Positions 1-9,578 of a stretch of DNA of 64,000 nucleotides are shown here, piece by piece. Numbering within the stretch: position 1 is the stretch's first letter; every line of letters starts with the position of its first letter. The DNA comes from Ignavibacteriota bacterium (GTDB taxonomy: Bacteria > Bacteroidota > Ignavibacteria > UBA10030), in the NCBI GenBank assembly GCA_963727825.1, contig CAVSHO010000011.1, positions 96,001 to 160,000 on the forward strand. The letters are read 5' to 3'. The translations under genes and the position numbers were made by a program. The notes below the pieces were generated by a model that was not told where the DNA came from, did no database searches, and was given only the letters and a program-made list of their open reading frames with translations.

Positions 1-158
1 ATTGTATCGTTTTCGTGCTTTCAACGTTTGTTTTTTGAGTCGTTCCCTATATGTAATAATCTCACAATGCCTTCTATAATATACATCGGCTGGGGTGATA
101 CTCCAAACCTCTGATCGCATTATTTAACGCAGTAGAATATTTAATTACCAAATACAAA

Positions 159-1070
159 TTAATGGGTTGACGTATCACAAACTTCATTTTCTCTCTCAGT
201 TTCAAGTGTACTGTGGTGAATATTTTTATGCTCAAATTCGTGTCTCAGTTTGTATTTTATTTGCTGTTCCTGATCCACTGTTGTCTCTTGTGCCAACACT
301 AAATGAGCTGTTAAAGCATTTTCTGTTGTACTCATTGCCCATATGTGAATATGGTGCAAATCTTTCACCCCAGTAACTTTCATTGCGGTCGTTTTAATGT
401 CGTCGAGGCGGATGCTTCTTGGAACTCCATCAAGTGATAAACGCAGGCTATCTTTAAGTAGTCGCCAAGTGCTGAAAAGGACAACAACCGACATTATAAT
501 ACTCAAAACGCTGTCAATCCGAAACCAATTTGTGAAGAAAATCACGATGCCACCGATAACAAGCCCAAGGGAAATAATGGCATCGTTCACTAAGTGAAGG
601 TATGCGCTCTTGATATTGATGTCTTTGTCCTTATCACGAAGGAAGATAAATGCTGTTCCCGAGTTAATGATAATACCTATTCCTGCTACTATCGCAATCG
701 TTACTCCCGGGAGTGGTTCGGGATTTAAGAAACGGTGTACTGCTTCAGAAACAATTACACCGATTGAAACTAATAACAGCATTGCGTTAAAAAATGCAAC
801 AAGGATGGATGTTTTGCCATAACCGTAAGTGAACTCACTACTTGATTTTCTTTTCAAGAGTCGAAAGGCCAGTAACGATAGCCCCAATGCTCCCACATCT
901 GCAAGATTGTGTCCTGCATCCGAAAGCAATGAAAGTGAATGAATGAAAAGCCCGACGATGGCTTCGATTACTACAAACAATAAATTCAGGGAAATGCCAA
1001 TAATAAAAGCAGTGTTCACGTTTGTGAAGATGTTGGAAAGGCTATGTTGATATATGTGATTATGTTCCAT
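159..1070 (-). CDS. Cation diffusion facilitator (CDF) family transporter, CzcD/ZitB-like
   Basis: Six hydrophobic segments, SLSLLSDAGHNLAD motif, C-terminal HHIHIW...AHLV and HSTLE motifs. Confidence 0.92.
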   Translation of the reverse strand: MEHNHIYQHSLSNIFTNVNTAFIIGISLNLLFVVIEAIVGLFIHSLSLLSDAGHNLADVGALGLSLLAFRLLKRKSSSEFTYGYGKTSILVAFFNAMLLLVSIGVIVSEAVHRFLNPEPLPGVTIAIVAGIGIIINSGTAFIFLRDKDKDINIKSAYLHLVNDAIISLGLVIGGIVIFFTNWFRIDSVLSIIMSVVVLFSTWRLLKDSLRLSLDGVPRSIRLDDIKTTAMKVTGVKDLHHIHIWAMSTTENALTAHLVLAQETTVDQEQQIKYKLRHEFEHKNIHHSTLETERENEVCDTSTH

Positions 1071-1155
1071 CTTTTAATGTTGTGTTGTTGAAAAAATAAT
1101 TACTTAATTAATATGCATCATTAGCATTTCGTGTGTTCAAACAAACCGCGCTCCG

Positions 1156-1382
1156 CCCAATGATAAAAAAAAGCGGATAAAAAGCTGCGGCGTTGAAAAG
1201 TTCCGTAATGTACCCAAAGAAACATGTTCACGCTACCAGCCAAATTATTAAGCACCAGACCTCTACGCTCAATGTTGGTTACACTCACGCTTGCCTGCCG
1301 ACAGGCAGGCTCATTCCGTCAGCTTGTCCGAAGGACTCCTTCGGCAAAGCCATCCCTTCGGGAGGAGAGCCGCTGATTAGAC
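1156..1382 (-). repeat. Degenerate attC-like site carrying two inserted hairpins
   Basis: Left-arm remnant aagctgcggcgttga (~1182) and right arm ccgtcagctt..gagccgctgattagac match the other attC copies; core sites degenerate. Confidence 0.6.
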
Positions 1383-1404
1383 AGCAATCCATTGGGATCA
1401 GCCA

Positions 1405-1806
1405 TTACGCTACCAGCGTTGCAATCCACCATGTGTTGCCAGCAGGATCCTTGACGCCTCCTCGGCGATTGGGTTCCTCTTCTCTACGCTCCGGGGCCTG
1501 GACCGAGACTCCACCAGCCTCAAGTGCTCGTCGATAACAATCGTCGACATTCTCGACGTAGACATGCAAGTGTGCTGGAACAGGCGACCAATTCGTTCCC
1601 GCCTCGCCAATCATCACGACAGTATCGCCAATCTGCACTTCAGCGTGTGCGATAGAACCGTTTGGCATATCGAAGTGTTGCAATTCGCGAGCTCCAAAAG
1701 TCTTTTTAAGGAAGTCGATAATTTGCTGTGCGCCTGTCACGATCAAGTACGGCGAGACAGTGTTGTACCCTTTGGGTTTGAACGAAGCTTCCATACACGT
1801 CTCCAA
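1405..1806 (-). CDS. VOC/glyoxalase family protein (PhnB-like), probable gene cassette
   Basis: YNTVSPYL, HAEVQIGDTVVMI, GGVKDPAGNTWWIAT motifs; bounded by attC-like sites. Confidence 0.88.
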   Translation of the reverse strand: METCMEASFKPKGYNTVSPYLIVTGAQQIIDFLKKTFGARELQHFDMPNGSIAHAEVQIGDTVVMIGEAGTNWSPVPAHLHVYVENVDDCYRRALEAGGVSVQAPERREEEPNRRGGVKDPAGNTWWIATLVA

Positions 1807-1826
1807 GAATAATTAAATTGTTGTAG

Positions 1827-1963
1827 CCTAACGGGACCTCGCTAAGCTGCGGTACTAATAATTTTCAATATACACAAAACGAGACAAGTTCATTGAACAA
1901 TTGCTTCCCGATAAATCGGGAGTATTTTATTTACTGACTCTTTCCTTTTTAAACTGGTTATGT
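1827..1963 (-). repeat. attC-like site
   Basis: gcctaac (GTTAGGC on minus) + gctaagctgcgg arm at the left end, gttatgt core at 1957; the right arm is divergent. Confidence 0.65.
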
Positions 1964-1973
1964 TGCAATTGCT

Positions 1974-4160
1974 TTATCTTAGTAACACAAGTTTCTTCGT
2001 CTCATTAAATGAGCCAGCTTGCAGGCGATAAAAATAAACTCCGCTGGACATTGTTGTTGCATTCAATTGACGCGAATAATTTCCTGCCGACATTTCTTCT
2101 GAGACAATTGTTGTCACTTCTCTTCCCAACATATCAAATACTTTTAGTGATACAAACGATTTAGATGGAAGACTAAAGGAAATAGTTGTTGATGGGTTGA
2201 ACGGATTGGGATAATTTTGTGAAAGAACAAATTGTCTAGGTACTTCATTTTTCTCCTGTGGCACTGATACTTCATTATCTGAAAGAGGCCGTTTCCATAC
2301 ACCGCCAGCAACTGTGCCTACATAAATATTACTACCACTTATAACAAGTGTGTTTATACTGTCATTCATTAAACCGTTATTGAATTGAGTCCACGTAGTA
2401 CCATCGTTTATTGAACTAAACACACCGCCATCATAAGTACCTGCAAAGAGAGTGTCGTTCCTAACTGCAAAGGATGAGATAGTTTTATATGTTAAACCAT
2501 TATTGATAGCAGTCCAATTTGTTCCATCATTTGACGAAAGGAATACACCGGCATTACTAGTCCCCGCAAATAGATATGAGTTGTTTACTGCAAGACACCA
2601 TATACTTGTGCTGATTAATCCGCTGTCTATTTTCGCCCAGTTAGTTCCATTATTTATTGAAAAATATACCCCATACTTATTGTTGGATGCATAAATCTTA
2701 TTGTCCTTTACCACAATAGAATAAAATGTAGAAGTTGTATCTAAACCATTGTTGACTGTATTCCAACTGTCACCGTTGTCTGTGGATAGTTTTATCCCAT
2801 CATAAGAGCCTCCACCAGCAAAAATATTTGAGCCACCTGTCCCATTAGAGTTATTAGCAAGAGATAAGACGGATGAGCTCATGCTCATCGTATTCCAAAG
2901 TGGTTTCCAACTAGTACCATTATCTGTTGAACAAAATCCTCCACCTCCATCAGTCCCGATAAATATTTTGTTATCATTAGTAATAGAGATAGCTGTTATA
3001 GGGAAAAGAAAAGAATTGTCATTTATTTGCGTCCAATTCGTACCGCTATTAGTAGAAAGGAATAACCCACCATTTCCTGCACCTGCATAAAGATTCGTTC
3101 CATTTGCTGCCAAAACATTAATATATTGATGAGTTAATCCCGTATTTCTTTGGGCCCAGTTCGTACCATTATTCGTAGAAATAAATACGCCTCCCTCAGT
3201 TCCAGCGAATATGTTTGAGTTGCCAACTCCATTTGAACTTACGAACAAAGCATTAACCTCTAAATTCAGTAAGCCCGTATTTTTTTGTGACCAACTTTTT
3301 CCGCTATCGGCTGAAAAATAAATACCCGTCTGATTAGGATAAAGATTACTAGTACCAACAATCAGATTAATTCCTCCTGAACCATTTGGAGAAAAAGCAG
3401 CTGAATTAGATTGTGTGTTACCATTGGGAGTAATATTTTCCCAACTTATTCCACCATCACTTGAATAAATCACACCATCACCTTCAAAAGCAAGTATATT
3501 GTTTCCACTGACACTTAATTTGATGAAGTCTGAACCGCTCCAATCATAGCCGCCCGTAGGCGAATTAAGAATTTGCCAGCTTACACCCTTGTCAGTTGAA
3601 ATATATATTCCGCCCCCATTATATGTTGCGGCATAAATATTTGTATCGCTAACAGTTAGATATCTAATCCTCTTAGTGTTTAAACCGTTATTGACATTTG
3701 TCCAAGTTGCACCATTATTAGCAGAAAGAAACACACCCCTTTGATCTGTCCCCGCAAAAAGGTTTGTTCCCATAGTGACAAGTGTCATTATATGGTTACT
3801 TTCAAAATTATTGTCAACTCGTGTCCAGTTTGCTCCGTTATCGGTTGAAGAAAATATTAGGGCATAATTTCCATCATAATAATATCCTAATACAAAAAGA
3901 TTAGAGCCACTGACAGCAATTGAAAAAATATCATTAAAAGAGCCTATTCCGTTGTTAATCGCCTTCCATGTTGTACCATTATTAGTTGACAAAAAAACAC
4001 CGTCTTGATATGTCCCTGCGTATAGATTTGAACCGCTTTGAGCAAAACATTTTATATTGCTACTGGTAGGACCGGTAGTTTGTATCCATTGTGCAAAAGA
4101 TGGGATAGTGTTTGTGAAAATACATCCAATAAGAAGCAAAAACTGAGGTAACTTTTTCAT
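1974..4160 (-). CDS. T9SS-secreted beta-propeller protein with BNR/Asp-box repeats
   Basis: Signal peptide, many S-[TS]-[DN]-N-G-x-[NT]-W repeats, C-terminal LSQNYPNPFNP...SGVYFYRL...TKKLVLLR sorting domain. Confidence 0.9.
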   Translation of the reverse strand: MKKLPQFLLLIGCIFTNTIPSFAQWIQTTGPTSSNIKCFAQSGSNLYAGTYQDGVFLSTNNGTTWKAINNGIGSFNDIFSIAVSGSNLFVLGYYYDGNYALIFSSTDNGANWTRVDNNFESNHIMTLVTMGTNLFAGTDQRGVFLSANNGATWTNVNNGLNTKRIRYLTVSDTNIYAATYNGGGIYISTDKGVSWQILNSPTGGYDWSGSDFIKLSVSGNNILAFEGDGVIYSSDGGISWENITPNGNTQSNSAAFSPNGSGGINLIVGTSNLYPNQTGIYFSADSGKSWSQKNTGLLNLEVNALFVSSNGVGNSNIFAGTEGGVFISTNNGTNWAQRNTGLTHQYINVLAANGTNLYAGAGNGGLFLSTNSGTNWTQINDNSFLFPITAISITNDNKIFIGTDGGGGFCSTDNGTSWKPLWNTMSMSSSVLSLANNSNGTGGSNIFAGGGSYDGIKLSTDNGDSWNTVNNGLDTTSTFYSIVVKDNKIYASNNKYGVYFSINNGTNWAKIDSGLISTSIWCLAVNNSYLFAGTSNAGVFLSSNDGTNWTAINNGLTYKTISSFAVRNDTLFAGTYDGGVFSSINDGTTWTQFNNGLMNDSINTLVISGSNIYVGTVAGGVWKRPLSDNEVSVPQEKNEVPRQFVLSQNYPNPFNPSTTISFSLPSKSFVSLKVFDMLGREVTTIVSEEMSAGNYSRQLNATTMSSGVYFYRLQAGSFNETKKLVLLR

Positions 4161-4199
4161 GTAAACAAATCCTTATATAAGTTGTGGAGAGCAATTACA

Positions 4200-4418
4200 A
4201 CATAACGATGGCGCTAAGTTGCGGCGTTGATAAATTACGTGTTTTGCATCCAACAAGACAAGTTCCACGTAGATTCTTTCCAATTTCACCAAACTTCTGT
4301 TCGCCAAGTAATTTAGCACTCACGCCTGCCTGCCAGTAGGCAGGCTCATTCCGTTAGCCTGTGCGAAGGACCCCTTCTGGCAAAGCCATCCCTTCGGGAG
4401 GAGAGCCGCAGGTTAGGT
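4200..4418 (-). repeat. attC-like site carrying two inserted hairpins
   Basis: acataac..gctaagttgcgg left arm; ccgttagcct..gagccgcaggttaggt right arm; inserts nearly identical to those at 1291-1366. Confidence 0.75.
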
Positions 4419-4645
4419 GGCGGCGAAATTATCTTTTGGGCTTGCCAAATATTTTTTATCAATAGAATATTTGGGTCCCATATTCGACATTTGCCATCCC
4501 ATCACAACCCTAAAGACATCTGGCTGGATATCGTATGGGTTTAATATTTAATTGCTCTGACATCTTCTTACCAAACGAATGTTCGTCGCGGTCTCACACC
4601 TGTTCGCTGAAGCCGCGGGACAGCTTGAAAGTTATTGCGGTTCAG

Positions 4646-4921
4646 TCACGCTCCACCAGTTGTAGGATCAATGATCGATTTAATTTCTGATACTACATTA
4701 GCCGGAAAACCTCCCTGCTGAGCATGCTCACGCACCATCTGCTCGTCGGGGGCAATGTAGACACAGTAAATTTTATCCCCAGCGACATAACTTTGGACCC
4801 ACTGTATTTGTGGGCCCATCTTGTTGAGCACACTGCAAGACTTCTGCGAGATGGATTGAAGTTCTTGTTGGGACAGCTTGCTCGCTCCCGGAATATTGCG
4901 TTCAATGAGATATTTTGGCAT
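4646..4921 (-). CDS. DUF4242 family protein
   Basis: MPKYLIERNIPGA...IQWVQSYV..DKIYCVYIAP...HAQQGGFPAN pattern. Confidence 0.85.
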   Translation of the reverse strand: MPKYLIERNIPGASKLSQQELQSISQKSCSVLNKMGPQIQWVQSYVAGDKIYCVYIAPDEQMVREHAQQGGFPANVVSEIKSIIDPTTGGA

Positions 4922-5187
4922 AGAAAATCTCCTTTTGAGTGGATTATTAGATTAGTCTACTTGTTTTATCAACAGCGAATAAAAAACATTAGTTCCAAGC
5001 ATCCCATTCTATCATCATCACCCTCTTATACAATTTGACAAGATGACAATATGGTATAAGATAATGGTCATGCGATCATCACGTTTAGTGATACTCCTTT
5101 TCTTGAAGGCTTTTGGGGACTTAAAAAGGAACAAGCCTCAAATCTTTCTCAACCAATCAATTAACCAAAATCAAAGGAGTACTCTTC

Positions 5188-5397
5188 ATGAAGATCAAAG
5201 TATTGAAACTCGGTGAAGTTGCAACAGAAGTTGATACTGCTTCATGTGCAACAGTAGCAGATGTTATCAAGCAAACTAGCTATGGCGAGCACGGTTACAC
5301 GCGCACGCTGAATGGCCAGATCGTGTTTGATTCAACTCAGGTAAAAAACGGGGATGTGGTTACACTGGCTCCTAAGGTTGAGGGCGGAAACAATTGA
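5188..5397 (+). CDS. Ubiquitin-like (ThiS/MoaD-type beta-grasp) protein ending in GG+NN
   Basis: 69 aa, TVADVI, LNG, GDVVTLAPKVEGG; aggag RBS upstream. Confidence 0.8.
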   Translation: MKIKVLKLGEVATEVDTASCATVADVIKQTSYGEHGYTRTLNGQIVFDSTQVKNGDVVTLAPKVEGGNN

Positions 5398-5452
5398 ATT
5401 CAGAAAGGTGGACTCTCTCGGTTTCGCTTTTTTCATTTCAAGGAGCATACCT

Positions 5453-5794
5453 ATGGAACAACTTATCTGGAATATTCTGAATAAATGCTGGCCGAAAGAT
5501 GATTTCAATGTTGTGCCTGCAGAATATGGACAGTTAAAATCATTTCCTGATGATGAAGTCAGCGTTGTGTAGCCAATTCTTTCAAAGGATTTTCATTTCG
5601 AGATGATAGCGGGTGTTCGTACAAAGCACAGCTCTGAGATCTTCAAGAGCGATAAAGCTTATAATCATGAACACGAAGGATTGATACTAGCAAGGCTCAT
5701 CGGATCGACTATCTACATCCTCTTCTCGGCAAATGATGTACCTTTTCAGAATAACGACGTAAGAGCGATTTGTTCGAGTCTGTTCATTTCTTGA
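5453..5794 (+). pseudogene. Interrupted or truncated gene downstream of the Ubl gene
   Basis: aggag RBS + ATG at 5453; the ORFs ending at 5572 and starting at 5603 are in the same frame, separated by one TAG. Confidence 0.55.
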
Positions 5795-5812
5795 ACTAGA
5801 TAAAAAGATCAG

Positions 5813-5842
5813 AAAGCGGCGGCAATGGTTGCCGCTTTTTTA
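5813..5842 (+). terminator. Intrinsic terminator-like hairpin
   Basis: aaagcggc..gccgctttttt. Confidence 0.6.
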
Positions 5843-5916
5843 TCGCTTGAAATTCAAATAAATAAAGTGTAGTGTTCCGACATCCAATATATGAGTTAGC
5901 GGACAAAAGGATATCT

Positions 5917-6348
5917 ATGGATAGAACATCGGTATTTGTATTTATCTTAGTGTGTAGTTTTGGTAGTATAAGTGGATTTATATGGTCTCTAAGAAATCTT
6001 TGGCTAGGTATACGAAGTCAGTATTGGGATCGAGTTGACTGTGAGATTATTGAGTCTCGATTAAGCCTGTCTATTAAGCCTTATCCGGTCATTTCCTATC
6101 AATACAAAATTGATGGCATACCTTGCAAAGGGAAGAGGATAAAATATGGTGGCGTACGTCAAGGTTATTTCAGAGCAGGTGCTTATTGCGATCAATATGT
6201 CAAAGGTGAAACATATCAGGTAAGTGTTGATCCAAATAATTTTAAAAGAAGTGTGTTAGAACCCGGCCCTTCTTCGCAAATCTATGTGTCGATTTTCCTT
6301 TGTATACTTCTCGGATTAATAGGTTTAAATGGGTTACTAACATTCTGA
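5917..6348 (+). CDS. DUF3592-like membrane protein
   Basis: Two terminal TM segments around P.ISYQYKIDG...G.RI.YG and V.VDP.N..RSVLEPG; ATG 5917 preferred as start. Confidence 0.75.
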   Translation: MDRTSVFVFILVCSFGSISGFIWSLRNLWLGIRSQYWDRVDCEIIESRLSLSIKPYPVISYQYKIDGIPCKGKRIKYGGVRQGYFRAGAYCDQYVKGETYQVSVDPNNFKRSVLEPGPSSQIYVSIFLCILLGLIGLNGLLTF

Positions 6349-6734
6349 TGAACTCTTAAAACCTCTGCCTTCTGATTATTTGACTTTTCAACGTAAATAG
6401 AGTGTCTTTATAGCTTAGGAAACTGGGCTATTTTTATATATATCTATACGCGGATACATTTTCTGAATATTTCGGTAATTTGGTTGCTGATAGTTTATCC
6501 AGTCTCGGATAATTTTTTTGAATATATTGTTGATGTTGTGTATTGATGGCGGAACGCAGGTTCGGATACTTTTTTATTTCATATTGGCTGAAGCGATTTG
6601 CGGTCGGTGAAGCTGAAATCCGCCATTTCGACAACATCCCTATATTGTGTGACGAGATGGCAAAGTCCATATTTCTAGAGGGAATCGAACTAATTATAGG
6701 AACGCAAAGAATTTTTTCAGAATTACCCAAGCGC

Positions 6735-7041
6735 TGACTATTGCCGCGAATCCAGTTTGGCAACTGTTCCATCCCCCAGTGACTATTCATCATATCATAC
6801 ATAGTCACTAAAATCCATGATTCTGATTCAAATTCAAACAAATGACTATATTGACCATAATGTCCATACTTTTTCAAACTTTCTCTTATATATGTATATG
6901 TGTATATATCATTACTCTATCATAAATATTATAACTAACTAATAAAAAGTATAGTCAACATAGTCATTCCTTCAGATTCAGGCCATATTTGATTGCTTTT
7001 TGCTGACCATCTGTAAAGTGCAAATTTACAGTATAGTCATT
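6735..7041. repeat. TGACTAT/ATAGTCA direct and inverted repeats around an AT-rich core (possible origin remnant)
   Basis: Copies at ~6735, 6780, 6801, 6843, 6951, 6960, 7033. Confidence 0.5.
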
Positions 7042-7234
7042 TCATATACACGTAACCATTACCTATAGGGTGTATGGTTTTGTGTTTTGTTTAGATATAG
7101 AATCCATTTTTTCTCAAGATTAACTTGCGGAAATTATTATATGGTATTACCTTCTAATCAATAACTAACTAAAACTTTTGACAAAATTGCGTACAAATAA
7201 AAAAGGTGTCCGAAATTATCAGACACCTTACTTG

Positions 7235-7307
7235 TGGACAGGGAGGGAATTGAACCCCCGACACATGGATTTTCAGTCCATTGCTCTACCAACTGAGCTA
7301 CCTGTCC
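7235..7307 (-). tRNA. tRNA-Phe(GAA)
   Basis: Cloverleaf GGACAGG..., anticodon loop CT-GAA-AA, GTTCAATTCC T-arm. Confidence 0.97.
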
Positions 7308-7489
7308 GAAAATTCTGTGACTTAACGAGTAAAGCGAAGTTAAGTCTCTGAAATTTTCAGTATCCCGATGTTATATATCGGAACCTAATCCATCCATTTA
7401 TTTCTCAATAAAAATCCCGCCGGACCTCAGCGGGACCAAATATTTAATTAAAATTACCAGACTTTTTGTTGAAAGTCAAGATTTGATTC

Positions 7490-8632
7490 TTAGACCTTTC
7501 CGTTCTTCTTGATGACATCACGCGCTATCACAAGTCTTTGCACTTCACTCGTACCTTCAAATATCGGATTGATGCGAGCATCTCGGTAATAACGTTCGAT
7601 GGGAAGTTCTCGCGAATATCCCATTCCGCCATGTATCTGAACTGCCATATCAGCTACTTTAACGAGATTTTCTGATGCATACAGCTTTACGTATGCAGCT
7701 TGCCGGGAGACAGATTTTTTTTCATCATAATCTTGAGCTGTACGGTAGACCATCGATTCCAAAGCATAGATTGTCAATGCTATATCTGCAAGCATAAATT
7801 GAATCGCCTGAAATTGCGCGAGCGGTTCATTAAATTGTTTTCGTTCTTTTGCATATTTTGTACTAAGTTCTAAGAGTTCTTTCATAGCGCCAAGGCATGC
7901 CGCACCTAAACCAAGACGTCCGGCATCCAATGTTTTCATTGCTAGGAGAAATCCACGCCCGTCATCACCAATAATGTTGCCTTTTGGGACTCGAACATTA
8001 TCAAACGTCAACGCATTCGTCATACTCCCTCGAATACCCATTTTCTTTTCTTTCGGTCCGGCAGAAAATCCTGGTGTTTTTGTCTCGACTACGAATCCGC
8101 TAATGCCCCGTTCTGTCCGAGCAAAAACCGAAAGGACATCCGCCAAACCACCATTTGTGATCCACAATTTCTCGCCGTTAATAACCCATTCGTTACCATC
8201 AAGGTGTGCTTTCGTGCGTAAATTAAATGAATCTGAACCGGCAGTGGCTTCCGTCAAGGCAAAGCCCCCAATATATTTACCCTCGGCAAGCGGAACGAGA
8301 TATTTTTTCTTAAGCTCTTCCGATCCGCCAAGGTAAATTGCATTTGCACCTATCGATTGATGCGCTCCGATGAATGTGGATACCGATAAATCTCCACGAG
8401 CCATTTCTTCCTGCATCACACAATAACCAACTTCGCCAAATCCACCACCGCCATATTCTTGTGGGAATGAAGCACCCAGAAGACCCAGATCGGCAATTTT
8501 GCGAATTAATTCCGGTGGAATGCATTCTTCTTCATCTATTTTATGTGAAAGAGGCTTGATTTCCGTATTTACAAAATCGCGCACCATGCTGCGCAGCATT
8601 TTTTGTTCTTCCGTAAATTCAAACTCAAACAT
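7490..8632 (-). CDS. Acyl-CoA dehydrogenase
   Basis: FALTE..AGSD, NGEKLWITNG, QIHGGMGY, IFEGTSEVQR motifs. Confidence 0.95.
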   Translation of the reverse strand: MFEFEFTEEQKMLRSMVRDFVNTEIKPLSHKIDEEECIPPELIRKIADLGLLGASFPQEYGGGGFGEVGYCVMQEEMARGDLSVSTFIGAHQSIGANAIYLGGSEELKKKYLVPLAEGKYIGGFALTEATAGSDSFNLRTKAHLDGNEWVINGEKLWITNGGLADVLSVFARTERGISGFVVETKTPGFSAGPKEKKMGIRGSMTNALTFDNVRVPKGNIIGDDGRGFLLAMKTLDAGRLGLGAACLGAMKELLELSTKYAKERKQFNEPLAQFQAIQFMLADIALTIYALESMVYRTAQDYDEKKSVSRQAAYVKLYASENLVKVADMAVQIHGGMGYSRELPIERYYRDARINPIFEGTSEVQRLVIARDVIKKNGKV

Positions 8633-8665
8633 ATCAATATCCTTTTTTTCTAATTGATGTTGCGA

Positions 8666-9511
8666 TTATTTATTATCGTAATGATTCCGAATGTTGGCAA
8701 GTGCGGAAATATCTTCTCCTCCATCAACACCCAGAACATTGCCAGATATCCAATGTGCTTCATCTGAAGAAAGAAGAACAATTGCCTTAGCAATATCTTC
8801 TGGTGTTGTGAGTCGCCCGCCTGGATTCTTTCCACGCGCCACTTCAAGCATTCCAACATTTCCGGGAATTTTACGCAACGCAGGTGTATCTGTTACTCCA
8901 GCCATAATAGCATTTGCCGTTATGCCCATAGGCCCAAGCTCCATTGCAAGTTGCCGAATATGCGCTTCTAAACTGGCTTTTGCCGCTGATACAGCACCAT
9001 AATATGACATCGCCGTATGTCCGCCCGAACTTGTCATTCCAAAAATACGTCCGCCCCTTTTCATGAGATTTCGCGAGATCAATCCTTGCACCCAATATAC
9101 AAGACTATGGGCCATCACATTGACAGTCATTTCCATCTGTGCGGGAGTTATAGCATCTTCCGATTTCTTAGCGATGAATTGTTTTAACGTTCCAAATGCG
9201 AGTGAATGCAGGAGCACTCTTACTGTGTTCGAAGAATCGATAGCAAATTGTTCCTGAATATCATCGAGTGTTTCATCTTGTTTAATTTTGTCTGCTGCAT
9301 TGATATTATAGAACACCGTTTTGACGCCAGTGTGTTTGATTTCTCTGATGAGGTTCTGAACATTTGGCATCGTTGCTTGCCGATCAAGATGCACACCAAA
9401 AATATTCATCCCGTTCTCTGCCAATCTAATAGCAGTAGCCGCACCAAATCCACTGGAAGCGCCAAGTATCAATGCCCACTCATGCGATTTGAATTTCAAT
9501 TCTTGCTTCAT
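8666..9511 (-). CDS. SDR family oxidoreductase, enoyl-ACP reductase (FabL/FabI-like)
   Basis: GASSGFG nucleotide-binding motif, YxxxxxxK, TDTPALRKIP. Confidence 0.85.
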   Translation of the reverse strand: MKQELKFKSHEWALILGASSGFGAATAIRLAENGMNIFGVHLDRQATMPNVQNLIREIKHTGVKTVFYNINAADKIKQDETLDDIQEQFAIDSSNTVRVLLHSLAFGTLKQFIAKKSEDAITPAQMEMTVNVMAHSLVYWVQGLISRNLMKRGGRIFGMTSSGGHTAMSYYGAVSAAKASLEAHIRQLAMELGPMGITANAIMAGVTDTPALRKIPGNVGMLEVARGKNPGGRLTTPEDIAKAIVLLSSDEAHWISGNVLGVDGGEDISALANIRNHYDNK

Positions 9512-9578
9512 ACCTTAATACACTTTCCTTTGATAAACTGATATTAAAGATATAAGGAATTATCAGAAAAACAATTCT

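Noticed and set aside
1193-1537. Plus-strand ORF, and the many other short ORFs antisense to annotated genes
   Set aside because: They are translations of attC/hairpin DNA or shadows of real genes on the other strand
5570-5572. TAG recoding or readthrough
   Set aside because: TAG is a normal stop elsewhere in the window (for example leuS); a nonsense mutation is simpler
6434-6877. 147-aa minus-strand ORF
   Set aside because: TTG start within the repeat array and no recognisable motifs; cannot be supported as a gene
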